Positions 1 through 14,480 of a stretch of 64,000 bases of DNA are shown here, one piece after another (positions within the stretch are counted from its first letter, which is position 1; every line of letters starts with the position of its first letter). The notes beneath the pieces are model-generated. The model saw only the letters and a list, made by a program, of their open reading frames with translations. It was not told the DNA's origin and ran no database searches. Where the stretch lies: contig OX597816.1 in assembly GCA_951406725.2 (NCBI GenBank), positions 38,316,001-38,380,000 of the forward strand. The letters run 5' to 3'. Both the position numbers and the translations under genes were made by a program. The DNA is from Octopus vulgaris. Taxonomy: Eukaryota.

Positions 1-342
1 ATCGTGCAGACCTTGCCCTGCAAAGAGAATGGCAGGAACCAGTGCATCTTGGTACCAGAGTTATTGCAGAAATTGGCAGAATGAAGCAGAAGACAACGAC
101 AAACTACCTTAGGGATGCCAAATTTTAATTGATATTCTCTTAAATCGACCACTGTACTTAACTGGTACTGGTACTTTTTATATAAGCACCGGAAAGAAGA
201 TAAACAAAGCTGACTTTAGCAGGGTTTCATAGCAAAACATAGAGCCGGAACTAACAACGCAAAGCATTTTGTCCGACACTTTTACGGTTCTTCCATCAAT
301 TGCCTTTTTACGAAAAACACCACCACTACAAGCATCAATATT

Positions 343-558
343 GGCGGTGAGCTGGCAGAAACGTTAGCACGCCGGGCGAAATGCTTAGCGGTATTTCGTC
401 TGCCGTTACGTTGTGAGTTCAAATTCCGCCGAGGTCGACTTTGCCTTTCATCCTTTCGAGTACCAGTTACGCACTGAGGTCGATGTAATCGACTTAATGC
501 CTATGTCTGTCCTTGTTTGTCCCCTCTGTGTTTAGCCCCTTGTGGGTAATAAAGAAAT
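343..558 (+). mobile_element. tRNA-derived SINE, family A (central GCCTTTCATCCTTTCG..AGTACCAG domain, MetaSINE-like), near full length
   Basis: Head GGCGGTGAGCTGGCAGAAACG, B-box-like GAGTTCAAATTCC, 13-bp TSD AAGCATCAATATT at 330-342 and 559-571. More than 15 related copies in the window. Confidence 0.9.
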
Positions 559-977
559 AAGCATCAATATTTCCACCACCATCTCAACCAACGCCCCTGC
601 TATCACAACCACTATCACCACCACCACTAACAACAATGACAGCAAGAACAACACCAAAACGACTACTACCTACACCATCATCACCACTGCCAAATTCCTT
701 TTAAGCTTTTTAGGGGTTTACAGAAGATGATAACGCTGAAGTCAATCAAGCTGTGTTTGATATTGATCACAATTAAGCGGTTAGACCAGTGAACATGGGC
801 CCTAAACCGAAGAACTGGCCAATGAAGTCCCGATGAAAACATTTGAAGAAGGCTGACAGGAACGAGAAGTCCCAGATCAGAAAATTTTGAGGTATGATCT
901 AACTGATGCGTTTAATTTATTGAAGCAGATGCTACAAGACCATTTTATAATGCGAAAATAAAAAGCTCTGTTCGATG

Positions 978-1350
978 GCTTTGTGGTTAAGAAGCTCGCT
1001 TTGCAACTACGTAGTTTCAAGTTCAAACCTACTACGCGGCACCTTGGGGAAGTGTCTTCTACTATAGCATCGAGCCGACCAATGTTTTGCGTCTGATTTT
1101 GGTGGACAGAAATTGTGAAGAGGCACGTCGTATATACGTGTGTGTGTTTGTGTTGCGTTTGTTTTTTCCCTCACTGCTTGACGACTTTTGTTGGTTTGTT
1201 TACGTTCCTGTAACTAAGCGATTCGGCGAAAGAAACCTTAGAATAAGTTCCAGACTTTAAAATAAGTGCTGAAGTCGATTTGGTCCACTAAAACTTTCGA
1301 GACAGTGCCCCGGCGTTGCCGTAATCCAAAGACTGGAACAAGAAAAACAT
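978..1350 (+). mobile_element. Older diverged copy of SINE family B (tRNA head, CORE-like ACCTTGGG..AGTG, 3' tail)
   Basis: Colinear with the intact copy at 10579-11008, with many substitutions. Confidence 0.75.
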
Positions 1351-1609
1351 AAATATTCGTTGGTGTTTATTTCAAGAAATACAGTTCGGAAATTAACTCT
1401 GATCAGCAAAATCTAACTTTGATTGTCCAGCAATAGAATCTATTCCTACACATCAGTGTCAAGACCATCCTTTCTGGTACCAAGATCATCCTCTCTAATA
1501 CCAAAACCATCATCATCTTCAGCAGGAGCTATCTTATTGTTTTTTTCCCCCGTATTTTAAAATTAATATTTCAGTTATTGGTATTATTAAATTAATATTT
1601 TAATTATTC

Positions 1610-2033
1610 GTTTCAAATTTTGGCACTAGGTCAGCAATTTCGGGGGAGGGCTATAGTCGATTACATCGACCCTAGTTTTCAACCAGCATGGTACTTCTTT
1701 TATCGAGCTCGAAAGGATGAAAGGCAAAATCGACCTTGGCGGGATTTCACCTCAGAACATAAAGACGTAAAGACGAAATGCTGTTAAGTATTTTACCCAG
1801 AGTGCTAACGATTCTTTTCTAATCTAGGCACAAGGCCCGACATTTTTGGTGAGGGGGCCAGTCAATTAGATCAACTGCAGTACGCAACTGGTACTTAATT
1901 TCTCGACCTCGAAATTAGCAGTTCGGCAATTTTTTTTTAATAGACACTGGGTTGATCTGTTCGACTAAAACCCCAGAGGCAGTGTCCCTGCATATCCGCA
2001 GTCCTAAGACACAAGCAAGTATAAAAGTAACAA

Positions 2034-2068
<35 letters not shown>

Positions 2069-3700
2069 AAGATGTTTGTTTATGAAACTCAAACCGTCTC
2101 AATGTCAATTTTTGTTATGGAACATTTAGGATAAAAAAAAATATCCTGAAGCCCTAATGGACCACTTCTTGTCAACATATTTCTGGTTTGTATAGAGATC
2201 AACAAAAAAAACAAAACATTTTAATCATTTTTATTTTATCACGATGATGTCAAAAAGGATAACAACACTTTATGGTATTTTTTCAGTCTGATTACGTTTT
2301 AAGTTTAAATTCCGCCGAGGTCGATTTTGTCTTTTAACCTTTCGGGGTCGATAAAATACGTTCCAGTTGAGCACTGGGGTTGATGTAATCGACTTATTTC
2401 CTCCCTTAAAATTGCTGACATTATGCCAAAATAAGAAACCATTATGATGGTACAAAAAAAAAAGTGGGTGCAGTGGACTGGTAGAATATGTTGACCGTTG
2501 AAGAACATAACTTGTGCTATTTATTCTAGCTCTTTGTTTTGAGTTCAACTCCTGCAATGGTCAACATTGATTTTATCTCTCTTACGTCTTTAAAATAAAG
2601 TGTGTGTGGAAGCACTCTGTCGGTTACGACGACGAGGGTTCCGGTTGATCCGAATCAACGGAACAGCCTGCTCGTGAAATTGACGTGTAAGTGGCTGAGC
2701 ACTCCACAGACACGTGTACCCTTAACGTAGTTCTCGGGGATATTCAACGTGACACAGAGAGTGACAAGGCCGGCCCTTTGAAATACAGGTACAACAGAAA
2801 CAGGAAGTAAGAGTGAGAGAAAGTTGTGGTGAAAGAGTACAGCAGGGATCACCACCATCCCTGCTGGAGCCTCGTGGAGCTTTAGGTGTTTTCGCTCAAT
2901 AAACACTCACAACGCCTGGTCTGGGAATCGAAACCGCGATCCTATGACCGCGAGTCCGCTGCCCTAACCACTAAAATAAAGTGCCAGTCAAGGACTGGGA
3001 TCGATGTAATCGACTAATCCACTGCCCACAAAGTTTTGGCCTTTAAAAACGAGAGCAGGGAATTGAGATAAAATTTTGGGTATCGGAAAATAGCCTTGCA
3101 GTATTTGTTGCGGATCTTTACATTCTAAGTTCAAATCCCAACGAAGTTAACTTTGCCTTTCATTTCTTCGGGGTCGTTAAAATCAAGTACCATTCTAGTT
3201 CTGAGGTCGAAGGTATTAACTAACCTCCCCACCCACTCATTCATCGTCCCTAATAATTACTGGACTTATGCCTTTATCATTTCCAATTTTGAAACAAGGC
3301 CAGTAATTTCAGGGGAGAGGCTATGTCGATTAAACCAATCAACTGGGACTTATTTTATCGACCCCGAAAAGATGAAAGGCAATATTCACCCTGGCAGCAT
3401 TTGAACTCAGAACGTAAAGACGGACGAAATGCCGCAAAGCGTTTCGCCCGGTGTGCTAACGATTCTGCCAGATCGCCGCCTTGGCAAAAAAAAATATATA
3501 ATTATTAGTAAAAATGGTGGGTTAACAGAATTGTTACAACATCGGAAAAGATGCCTTGCGATAACTGTTCTCCGGGGTCAAATTTGACTTTCATCCTTCC
3601 GATATCGTTAAAAAAGCACAAACCGTGTGGGGAAGTCGATATAATTAATCAACTAATACCATCCTCCAAATCTGAGGCATTGTGCTTATGTTAGAAACAA
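1610..3700. mobile_element. Cluster of about 7 degenerate SINE family A fragments on both strands
   Basis: Repeated GTCGACTTTGCCTTTCATCCTTTCGGGGTCGATAAAATAAGTACCAG-like motifs at about 1690-1740(-), 1885(-), 2320(+), 3150(+), 3350(-) and 3585(+). Confidence 0.8.
2603..2971 (-). mobile_element. Young tRNA-derived SINE family C, slightly 5'-truncated, nested in an old family A copy
   Basis: Near-identical to copies at 9885, 18509, 36476 and 47768. 12-bp TSD TAAAATAAAGTG at 2591-2602 and 2972-2983. Confidence 0.92.
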
Positions 3701-4139
3701 TTATAAAGTCAAATGCGTTATTATAAACTTGCATGTTTTAATTACCCAACCGGGGTAGCTCTGTATGCTTTTGGGAAAGAAATATTTTGTTGTTGTTTTT
3801 TATTATTATTGTACCGATAATATTCTATGTAAACTAAGTGTAGAGCTTAGCAATGCTATTTTTGTATGCTGTGTATATGAGGATATAGTTAAAGAGCTGT
3901 TATTTTTTATTTATAGTTTTTCATTCACAGCATACCTATTAATATTGAGATTGCTTCTGTTCCTGCTTTCACTTTTCACATTTTCTGGATATATGTATTT
4001 CCAGAATTTATATTCGGATAATTTCTCCAGTTCTTTTAGAGGTATATTGTCGTCCATTGGGATTGAAATATCTATCAGGAAATATTTTTTTATTACAAGC
4101 TTTAAAAATCATCAAAGCGATAAATGTTTAATAAGAATT

Positions 4140-5772
<1,633 letters not shown>

Positions 5773-6224
5773 TTATCATATGAAAATAGCCAAATCTCTT
5801 TTCGAACGCTTGCTAACATATGCTTTCGTGTTTTAATTTTATATTTTCCTTTTTTTTTTTTATTTTGCTCAAGAATAAAATAAAATAAATACGGAAGCAA
5901 ATAAATAAATAAATAAAATACGTGTAAAAGATGGGATAATTTGCAAATTGTCTAATGCACAGTGGTCGCGGTTGGACCTTCGGTCACCATCAATAATAGC
6001 TTACATTTGACAGATGTCAGCTCCTTTACAGCTATAATAAAAAGAAGAGATAAAAAAAAAGACAAATAAACATACAAACAAAGAAAAATAAATAAATAAA
6101 AAATAAATAAATGGCGGTGGAGAACACTGATTCATTGCCAAATCAAAAGACCTTACTACGATTCAATGTTTAGTTGTTGGTGTCACACACAAACAACCAT
6201 GAACCGGCACACCAGTTTTTCAAC

Positions 6225-6552
6225 ACTGCCACCACGACCACCACGACCACCACCATCTCTGCCACTACAGCCACGAACCACCAAAACCATCTTCATTATC
6301 CTCGTCGTCGTCATCATCATTGTCGTCGTCGTCACAACCACCACCACCACTGCTATCGTCTTCATCATCATCATCATCATTGTCATCATTGTCATTATCA
6401 TTATCTTCCACTTCCTCCACCTTCTCTTCCTCATCATCATCGTCATCACCATCATCATTATCGTCGTCGTCGTCGTCGTCATTGTCGTTGGATGATGAAG
6501 ATTATTATTGATGATTATTATTATTCTTATAGCAGTGATAGCAGTGATAGCA

Positions 6553-6632
<80 letters not shown>

Positions 6633-6719
6633 GGTATCGACTAGCCCCTCCTCACGAAGTTACTGGCCTTGTGCCAACATTTGTAACTATCATTATTATT
6701 ATTACTATTATTATTATTA

Positions 6720-6795
<76 letters not shown>

Positions 6796-7068
6796 CAGCA
6801 GCAGCGGCGATATCGTCATCATCAGCATCATGGTTGCCGTCGAGATGAAGATGGTCGTGTGGTGGTCGGCTATTATCACCCTAGTCGTTCCAAGGGGCTA
6901 ATTTCAAGGGTGAATAGGAATGAAATAAAGCAATTCAATCACAACATTAAAATAATTGGGAGAAATCATGAACAACAACAACTATAGCAATAATAATAAT
7001 AATAATAATAATAACTACAATGACGATGGCGGAGATGACGATGATGGTAATGATGATGATGGTGATGG

Positions 7069-7164
<96 letters not shown>

Positions 7165-7206
7165 GGTGGTGGTGGTGGTGGTGGTGGTGGTAATAGTGAT
7201 GGTGGT
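6225..7206. repeat. Trinucleotide microsatellite block (CAC/CAT/CGT/CAG/TAG/TAT/AAT/GTT/GGT)n
   Basis: Successive trinucleotide runs. Homopolymer ORFs appear in all frames. Confidence 0.95.
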
Positions 7207-7399
7207 AAAATGGATTTGTTGTCTTAAAATTTTATGTTGCTGACTTTATTGTCATTAAAAAGTGCGGATACAATATGGTGATTTTACACGAGCGCACACG
7301 CGCGCATACACATTTTTATAAGCATGTACAAATATATATATGTGAGTTTATATATATATATATATATAAGTATGTATCTCTCTACCTATATATGTATGT

Positions 7400-7602
7400 A
7401 AAGTTAATCCAAACAAGAAAGCACAAAAAAAAAAACACAACAACGCGAGGACGTGGGACAAATATAGTATTATTGGACGCTCAGGAAAGAAGGAAAGAAG
7501 GAGGGTTTAATGTTTCGAGCGGAGCTCTTCGTCGGAAACATAGGAGAAGGAAAGATCCAGAGAAGGGAAGACAGAGGAAAAAAAATCGCCAACGGTACAC
7601 GT
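7400..7602 (-). mobile_element. Short non-coding hammerhead-like element, family X, copy 1 (probable Penelope pLTR derivative)
   Basis: Near-identical to 19192-19396 and 29177-29383. Minus strand 7505-7539 reads GTTT-CCGACGA-A-GAGC-TCC-GCTC-GAAA-CA-TT-AAAC. Confidence 0.75.
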
Positions 7603-8057
7603 GTGTCTGTAACCTAAATTTAGCATTTATATGAATTCATGCATACATACGTACATGTACATAGGCATATAAAGATGGATGGATAGATGGATGGATAGAT
7701 GGATGGATATAAATTCATCTTATTGATAATAGCAGCACTTGAAAATGAAGTACCAGTCATGTACTAAGGTCAATTTAAAAGGCGAAAATTGCTGAGTTTG
7801 CACCAATTTGTGAAACATTATTATGAACAGAGTATTATAAATTCCTTTCTACTATAAGCACGAGGTCTGAAATTTGTGGTGCGGGGGACCAGTCGATTAC
7901 AACGCCCCCAATGCTTTGCTGGTACTTATTTTATCGACCCCCAAAAGGATGAAGGTTAAAGTGCACCCCGATGGATTAAACCAGTGTTATAAGTTAAACT
8001 CTGTTATTGGCGAAAGCGTTACCGGACCTTTTCATGAGATTAATTTTTCCTACACCG

Positions 8058-8270
8058 AAGGTGCATGGCTCAGTGGTTAGAGCGTCGGGCACACAATCAT
8101 GAGGCAGTAAGTTCGATTTGTGTTATTGAGCAAGACACTTTATTTCACGTTGCTCCAGTTGACTCATCTGTAGAAATGAATTGCAACATCACTAGTGCCA
8201 AGCTGTATCAACCTCTGCATTGTATAACATCGGTAGCGGGGAGAGAGTAGGCTGGTATGCATGGGCGTAA
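8058..8270 (+). mobile_element. tRNA-derived SINE family D
   Basis: Head TGGCTCAGTGGTTAGAGCG..GTTCGAT, then TTGAGCAAGACACTT. Related copy at 17830-18140. Confidence 0.75.
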
Positions 8271-8289
8271 GTTAGCAGCAAGGTTTGAT

Positions 8290-8885
8290 GTTTCGATTCC
8301 AACTGTATTGGACCATCTGAATCAAATCGGCAAGGTAAAGAAGCTGAATGAACAAGTGGGTACCACACGGACTGAACGAGTATCAAATGACACGTCGTCT
8401 TGAAACTTGCTGTTCTCTGTTGTCACGGCATAAAAGCGAACTAGTTTTGCATCGTATTGTCACGTGTGATGAAAAAATGGATTCTTTTCAACAATAGCAA
8501 GCGTTCTGCACAGCGGTTGGATAGAGACGAAGTACCAAAGCACAATTCAAAAAAGAATATTCACTGAAAAAAAGCTAATTGTGCCTGTTGGTGTTCCAGC
8601 GCTGGTGTCATCCATTACAGCTACATGAGATCTGGTAAGTCAATTGCAGCGGATGTATACATCAACCAACTGGATGAAGTGATGAGTGCACTTGCAATTA
8701 AACAACTGAGATTGGTCAATAGAGAAAGGCCAATTTTCTTGCAGGACAATGCTCGACCACTTTTGCACAAAGAACGCTATTCAAGTTACAGGAACTAAAC
8801 TTGGAAGTACTCTGTCATCCACCATATTCCCCAGACCTCGCACCAACTGACAATCACATTTTCCAGGCATTAGACAACTTTTAGC
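8290..8885 (+). pseudogene. Mariner transposase remnant (catalytic domain, frameshifted)
   Basis: Manual translation gives KWVPHGL, HRIVTCDEK(W), LQDNARP and HPPYSPDLAPTD, matching the mariner WVPHEL and YSPDLAP motifs. Confidence 0.92.
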
Positions 8886-9175
8886 ATGTACGCATGCATG
8901 TATGTATATAGGAATATTTGTTCGTATATAACATATGAAAGAAAGAGAAAATGGAATACACCCAAATTTAAAATTATTACTGACATACCCGAATTTAAAA
9001 TTATAACTTATTTGTAGGTATATATGTATATTTGCATGTATGCATGTATGGTTGAAAATTTTAAACCGGCATTTCTTTCCTCCGCCTGATATACACCCTC
9101 ACTCAAAAAATACTGGTTTAACGAAGCACTCCTGCGCCTATGGCATGTGTGTATATGTGTGTGTGCGCGTGCACG

Positions 9176-9256
<81 letters not shown>

Positions 9257-9884
9257 CAAAACTGCTGTACGTTTCATTTTATTTTTTTGTATCAAAAGAA
9301 TGCGGGAAGTATTGGGGGTATTTATTAATTCAATATAAAAAATTTCTAGGCACAAAGGCGGAATTTGTTTAGATCATAATTTCTAAAAGATTTCGTAAAC
9401 CTTTTGAAAGAAGGAGGAGGAGGAAGAGGTGGGGTTATGGTCTGTTCCAATTTTTTTTTTATATCAAAAGAATGCGGAAAGTATTGGGGTATTCATCTAA
9501 CTATAAAATTCATACTTTCAACCGTTTCATTGGAGAAAAGAAAGAAAGAAAAAACAGAAATTATTTGTGAGTAGCTAAGGGACACAATTTAGTTAAGAAA
9601 AATGGAAAAGCAGTAAAAGTGTTTGCAATGACGTTACTATGCTTATCTATCAATAAGTTACTGTATTTACCAGCAGATATGACGTGCTTTCTTTTAATTT
9701 TTAATGATATCAGAAGAAAAAATTACTCTGCATCAAATGCGACCGTTTTACAGATGAGAGACTGAGTGCCACAGGCTAGCGTGCCAGATGAGAATAAGTC
9801 TGCTAGGAACAATAAGTTTTACCAATAACTAAGATTGCTACTAATAACGATTCTGCCAGCTCATCGTCTTAATAACTTACCAAT

Positions 9885-10270
9885 GGGAAGCACTCCGTCG
9901 GTTACAACGACGAGGGTTCCGGTTGATCCGAATCAACGGAACAGCCTGCTCGTGAAATTAACGTGTAAGTGGCTGAGCACTCTACAGACACGTGCACCCT
10001 TAACGTAGTTCTCGGGGATATTCAACGTGACACAGAGAGTGACAAGGCCGGCCCCTTGAAATACAGGTACAGCAGAAACAGGAAGTAAGAGTGAGAGAAA
10101 GTTGTGGTGAAAGAGTACAGCAGGGATCACCACCATCCCCTGCCGGAGCCTCGTGGAGCTTTTAGGTGTTTTCGCTCAATAAACACTCACAACGCCCGGT
10201 CTGGGAATCGAAACCACGATCCTATGACCGCAAGTCCGCTGCCCTAACCACTGGGCCAATGCGCCTCCAC
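9885..10270 (-). mobile_element. SINE family C, full length
   Basis: Minus-strand head GGAGGCGC..TGGCCCAGTGGTTAGGGCAGCGG..GGTTTCGATTCC. 12-bp TSD TAACTTACCAAT at 9873-9884 and 10271-10282. Confidence 0.93.
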
Positions 10271-10578
10271 TAACTTACCAATAATAAAACATTGAAAACA
10301 AACCAAATTAACGTTGACTTTGAGCATAAAATTTGGAAAAATTGCTTACAGTATGTTTGCAGTCATGTGGAGAGCGGTCGTATTATCTCATTTTACTCCA
10401 TTCTCCAGCATACATAATCCATACCTGTTAAACGTTTTACTTTATTTATTGACAATGTTACATTTAAAAAGCCATTTGTATATTATCTCAATGAAACATT
10501 CTGCAAGAAAATTTAAAGAAATGTTAAACTTTCATCGACAATGTTAACCGATCGCGGTTGCACAAAAATAATCACAGG

Positions 10579-11008
10579 AGGCGTAGGAGTGGCTGTGTGG
10601 TAAGTAGCTTGCTTACCAACCACATGGTTCCGGGTTCAGTCCCACTGCGTGGCACCTTGGGCAAGTGTCTTCTACTATAGCCTCGGGCCGACCAAAGCCT
10701 TGTGAGTGGATTTGGTAGACGGAACCTGAAAGAAGCCCGTCGTATATATGTATATATATATATATATATATATGTATATGTGTGTGTGCGTGTATGTTTG
10801 TGTTTGTCTCCCTAGCATTGCTTGACAACCGATGCTGGTGTATTTATGTCCCCGTCACTTAGCGGTTCGGCAAAAAAAGAGACCGATAGAATAAGTACTG
10901 GGCTTACAAAGAATAAGTCTCGGGGTCGAGTTGCTCGATTAAAGGCGGTGCTCCAGCATGGCCGCAGTCAAATGACTGAAACAAGTAAAAAGAGAAAAAA
11001 AAAAGAGT
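10579..11008 (+). mobile_element. SINE family B, full length (tRNA head, CORE-like domain, internal (TA)n/(TG)n, A-rich tail ending AAAAGAGT)
   Basis: GTGGCTGTGTGGTAAG..GGGTTCAGTCCC, then ACCTTGGGCAAGTG. 38-bp direct repeats flank it at 10540-10577 and 11009-11046. Confidence 0.93.
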
Positions 11009-11191
11009 AATGTTAACCGATCGCGGTTGCACAAAAATAACCACAGACTGGTATAACGAGTTTTACATCCCGTATGGCAATTCTCTTGACTAAACTGTTA
11101 ATAACTATAAAGTTGATCTGAAAGGTAGTAAAGTTGAAGTATGACATTATTCATGATAAATTTAAAGTTTTATACTTAAGGTACAGGAGTA

Positions 11192-11604
11192 TACTCTTTT
11201 ACTCTTTTACTTGTTTCAGTCATTTGACTGCGGCCATGCTGGAGCACCGCCTTTAGTTGAGCAAAATCGACCCCGGGACTTATTCTTTGTAAGCCCAGTA
11301 CTTATTCTATCGGTCTCTTTTGCCGAACCGCTAAGTGACGGGGACGTAAACACATCAGCATCGGTTGTCAAGCAATGCTAGGGGGACAAACACACACACA
11401 CAAACATATACACACACACTTATATATATATACATATATACGACAGGCTTCTTTCAGTTTCCGTCTACCAAATCCACTCACAAGGCATTGGTCAGCCCGG
11501 GGCTATAGCAGAAGACACTTGCCTAAGATGCCATGCAGTGGGACTGAACCCGGAACCATGTAGTTGGTTAGCAAGCTACTTACCACACAGCCACTCCTGC
11601 GCCT
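11192..11604 (-). mobile_element. SINE family B, full length, inserted into the head of an older + strand family B copy (11178-11975)
   Basis: Reverse complement of 10579-11008. The host copy resumes at 11605 (AGTATCTGTGTTGTAGGAAG..ACCTTGGGCAAGTG). Confidence 0.9.
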
Positions 11605-12242
11605 AGTATCTGTGTTGTAGGAAGTTAGCTTCCAGTCATATGGTTTCGGGTTCAATCCCACTGCACGGAACCTTGGGCAAGTGTCTTTTGCTATAGCCTC
11701 AATCCGACCAAAGCCCTGTGAGTGGATTCAGTGGACGGAAACCGAAAGAAACCCGTCATGTGTGTGTGTGTATGTGTGTGTGTGTGTGTGTTTGTCCCAA
11801 CCCATCATCACTTGGCAACCGATGTTGGTGTGTTTACGTCCCCATAACATAGCAGTCGGGCAAAAAGAGAAAAATAGTACCAGGGTTAACAAAAAGAAGA
11901 ACGATTTGTCCGACTAAAATTCTTCAAGGCAGTGCCCTAGTACGGCCGCAATCTAATGATTGAAATAAGTAAAAATATATTTTTTAAGCGATATATTGTC
12001 ACACAAATGTATTTACTTGCACAGAATCATACATTTTCCCCTACAAAACCACTTTAAAATCTCTTTCGAGAAGTGGTTGATGAAACATAACTACATTTGT
12101 TTTTTCCACAAGATCTCCTTGTAAAATAAGAATGTGCCTTATACACCGAGAGATAATCATGAGAATGTTAAATTTAATGCTTTGTAAAACTGTATAAAAT
12201 CTAATAAATCAAATCATTATAAAGTGTGTTTTGTATACTTAA

Positions 12243-12454
12243 CCCTTTAGCATTCGGCCATATCCAACCGAAATATTCTTCTTATTTTATGTTAAAACTG
12301 GCCAAATCCAACCTCTCACACCTCCCTTACAATGTCATTCTAAAAATATACAAACTCACCATTGGAATCTTGAAGTTAGGAGATAATGCATGATAAATTC
12401 AAAACAATGTGAATGAGTACGCAATACATTTGACAATGTCTGAATGCTAAAGAG
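12243..12454. mobile_element. piggyBac-type MITE (TTAA|CCCTTTAGCATTC ... GAATGCTAAAGAG)
   Basis: Left TTAA followed by a CCC-starting TIR, with an imperfect right TIR. A second copy at about 19500-19696 ends GAATACTAAAGGG|TTAA. Confidence 0.8.
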
Positions 12455-12535
12455 TGTAGGATAATAGAGTGGTTTTTAAAATCTTTGGTTGGATAAAATG
12501 AGGGAGAAGAGAAGATTAGATATAAAGGGTACAAT

Positions 12536-12584
<49 letters not shown>

Positions 12585-13188
12585 AGAGAGCTAGGAGAGG
12601 GGAGAAAAAACCCCAAAAATCTGGTTGTGAAAGTAGAATAATCCAGCGGTTTAAATATGATAGAAAATATCGAAGTATAATAATCAAACAACACAAGGAA
12701 AAAATAATGAACGTTTCTTTGTGAACATATCTAATGTTTGTAAAACTAAAATTGTATAAAGACAGTTCCAGCTAGAAGAGGAATTAATTTTCTATATTCT
12801 GTTTTCTATTTTATCGTCTTCAAAATACAACGAAATAATAAGCTATGAATGATAAAATCCTTTGCCAATATAAATATTTAGGTACATAAATTACTAGTTA
12901 AACAAATGAAAAATTGAAAAGAGCACGAAATGTCTTATAATTAGATTTATAATAATTCAAAGTTAAAAGTATTGTAAATGAAGTATAGCATTTAATTTCA
13001 TATTTGAAATTTATAGAGTTGGATGATTAATTCAAGATACTTTAACAGTTTCATCAGATTTCGATAAAAAATAAAACTAGGAGCACTTTGAAAAAATTTC
13101 TTGCAAGCAAATGTGCTGATCATGTAAACCAGTATCTTCAAAGGGCTGCCTGAAGAGTGCTGATTGAATAATAATGAGATTAATCACA

Positions 13189-13491
13189 CAGTAATCCCTC
13201 GCTATCGCGGCTGTTACGTTCCACCCCACCCCACCTCCCCGCGATAGGTGAAAATCCGCGAAGTAGAAACAGTACGGTACTCTTTTACTCTTTTACTTGT
13301 TTTAGTCATTTGACTGCGGCCATGCTGGAGCACCGCATTTAGTCGATCAAATCGACCCCGGGACTTATTCTTTTTGTAAGCCCAGTACTTATTCTATCGG
13401 TCTCTTTTTGCCGAACCGCTAAGTGACGGGGACGTAAACACACCAGCATCGGTTGTCAAGCAATGCTAGGGGAACAAACACAGACACACAA

Positions 13492-13542
<51 letters not shown>

Positions 13543-13860
13543 TACGACGGGCTTCTTTCAGTTTCCGTCTACCAAATCCACTCACAAGGCATTGGTCGGC
13601 CCGGAGCTATAGCAGAAGACACTTGCCCAAGATGCCACGCAGTGGGACTGAACCCGGAACCATGTGGTTGGTTAGCAAGCTACTTACCACACAGCCACTC
13701 CTGCGCCTATATTGTATATTATTTAAAATATTGTAAAATTATTTTTATAATTTGTATATATTTAGTTTATTGTAAATGCAAAACAACACCACGGAGGAAT
13801 CGACGTAAGCGTAAATAATAAACCGCGATAAGTGAACCGAGATATGGCGAGGGATTATTG
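13189..13860. mobile_element. Tigger/pogo-type MITE carrying a nested SINE B
   Basis: TIRs CAGTAATCCCTCGCTAT and ATGGCGAGGGATTATTG|TA, with subterminal CCGCGATA(G/A)GTGAA repeats. Confidence 0.8.
13281..13708 (-). mobile_element. SINE family B, full length
   Basis: Near-identical to 11192-11604, with (TACTCTTT)n tail at the left. Confidence 0.92.
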
Positions 13861-13892
13861 TAATTACAATCGATTATGTATATAATATAAAT

Positions 13893-13956
<64 letters not shown>

Positions 13957-13965
13957 CTAAAGCAT

Positions 13966-14043
13966 TATCAGTGACAATTCAAATAGTCATTCCTCCTACA
14001 ACTATAACTGCCGGAGGAATGACTATTTGAAATGTCACTGATA
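13966..14043. repeat. Near-perfect inverted repeat (31-bp stem, 1 mismatch, 16-nt loop)
   Basis: TATCAGTGACAATTCAAATAGTCATTCCTCC pairs with GGAGGAATGACTATTTGAAATGTCACTGATA. Confidence 0.95.
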
Positions 14044-14259
14044 TTGATTTCTATTATTCTTTCAAATGTATTCTACTCTGTTCATCCGTTATAGTCTATT
14101 CCGAAATAATATGTAACATTGTATGTAGATATGCATTTTACTCGTGAATCTGCATTGTTTAACAGGATATACTATACTGTGCACTAATGCAAAATTATTT
14201 GTTGTGCCGCAACAGATAGATAGCTAAATAGATAGCTAACTAGCTAGCTAGCAGGTAGG

Positions 14260-14333
<74 letters not shown>

Positions 14334-14395
14334 CGTAAATAGATACGTAGATAGATACGTAGATAGATACATACATACATACATGCATACAGAGA

Positions 14396-14480
<85 letters not shown>

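Noticed and set aside
2655-2906. Recurrent ORF ...VVIPAVLFHHNFLSLLLPVSVVPVFQ... seen five times
   Set aside because: It lies within SINE family C copies, and its start and frame vary with indels. It is not a gene family.
8955-9495. Short local direct duplications (ACCC.AATTTAAAATTAT; ATCAAAAGAATGCGG.AAGTATTGGGG)
   Set aside because: Only two diverged copies of each and no regular spacers. These are ordinary local duplications, not CRISPR-like arrays.
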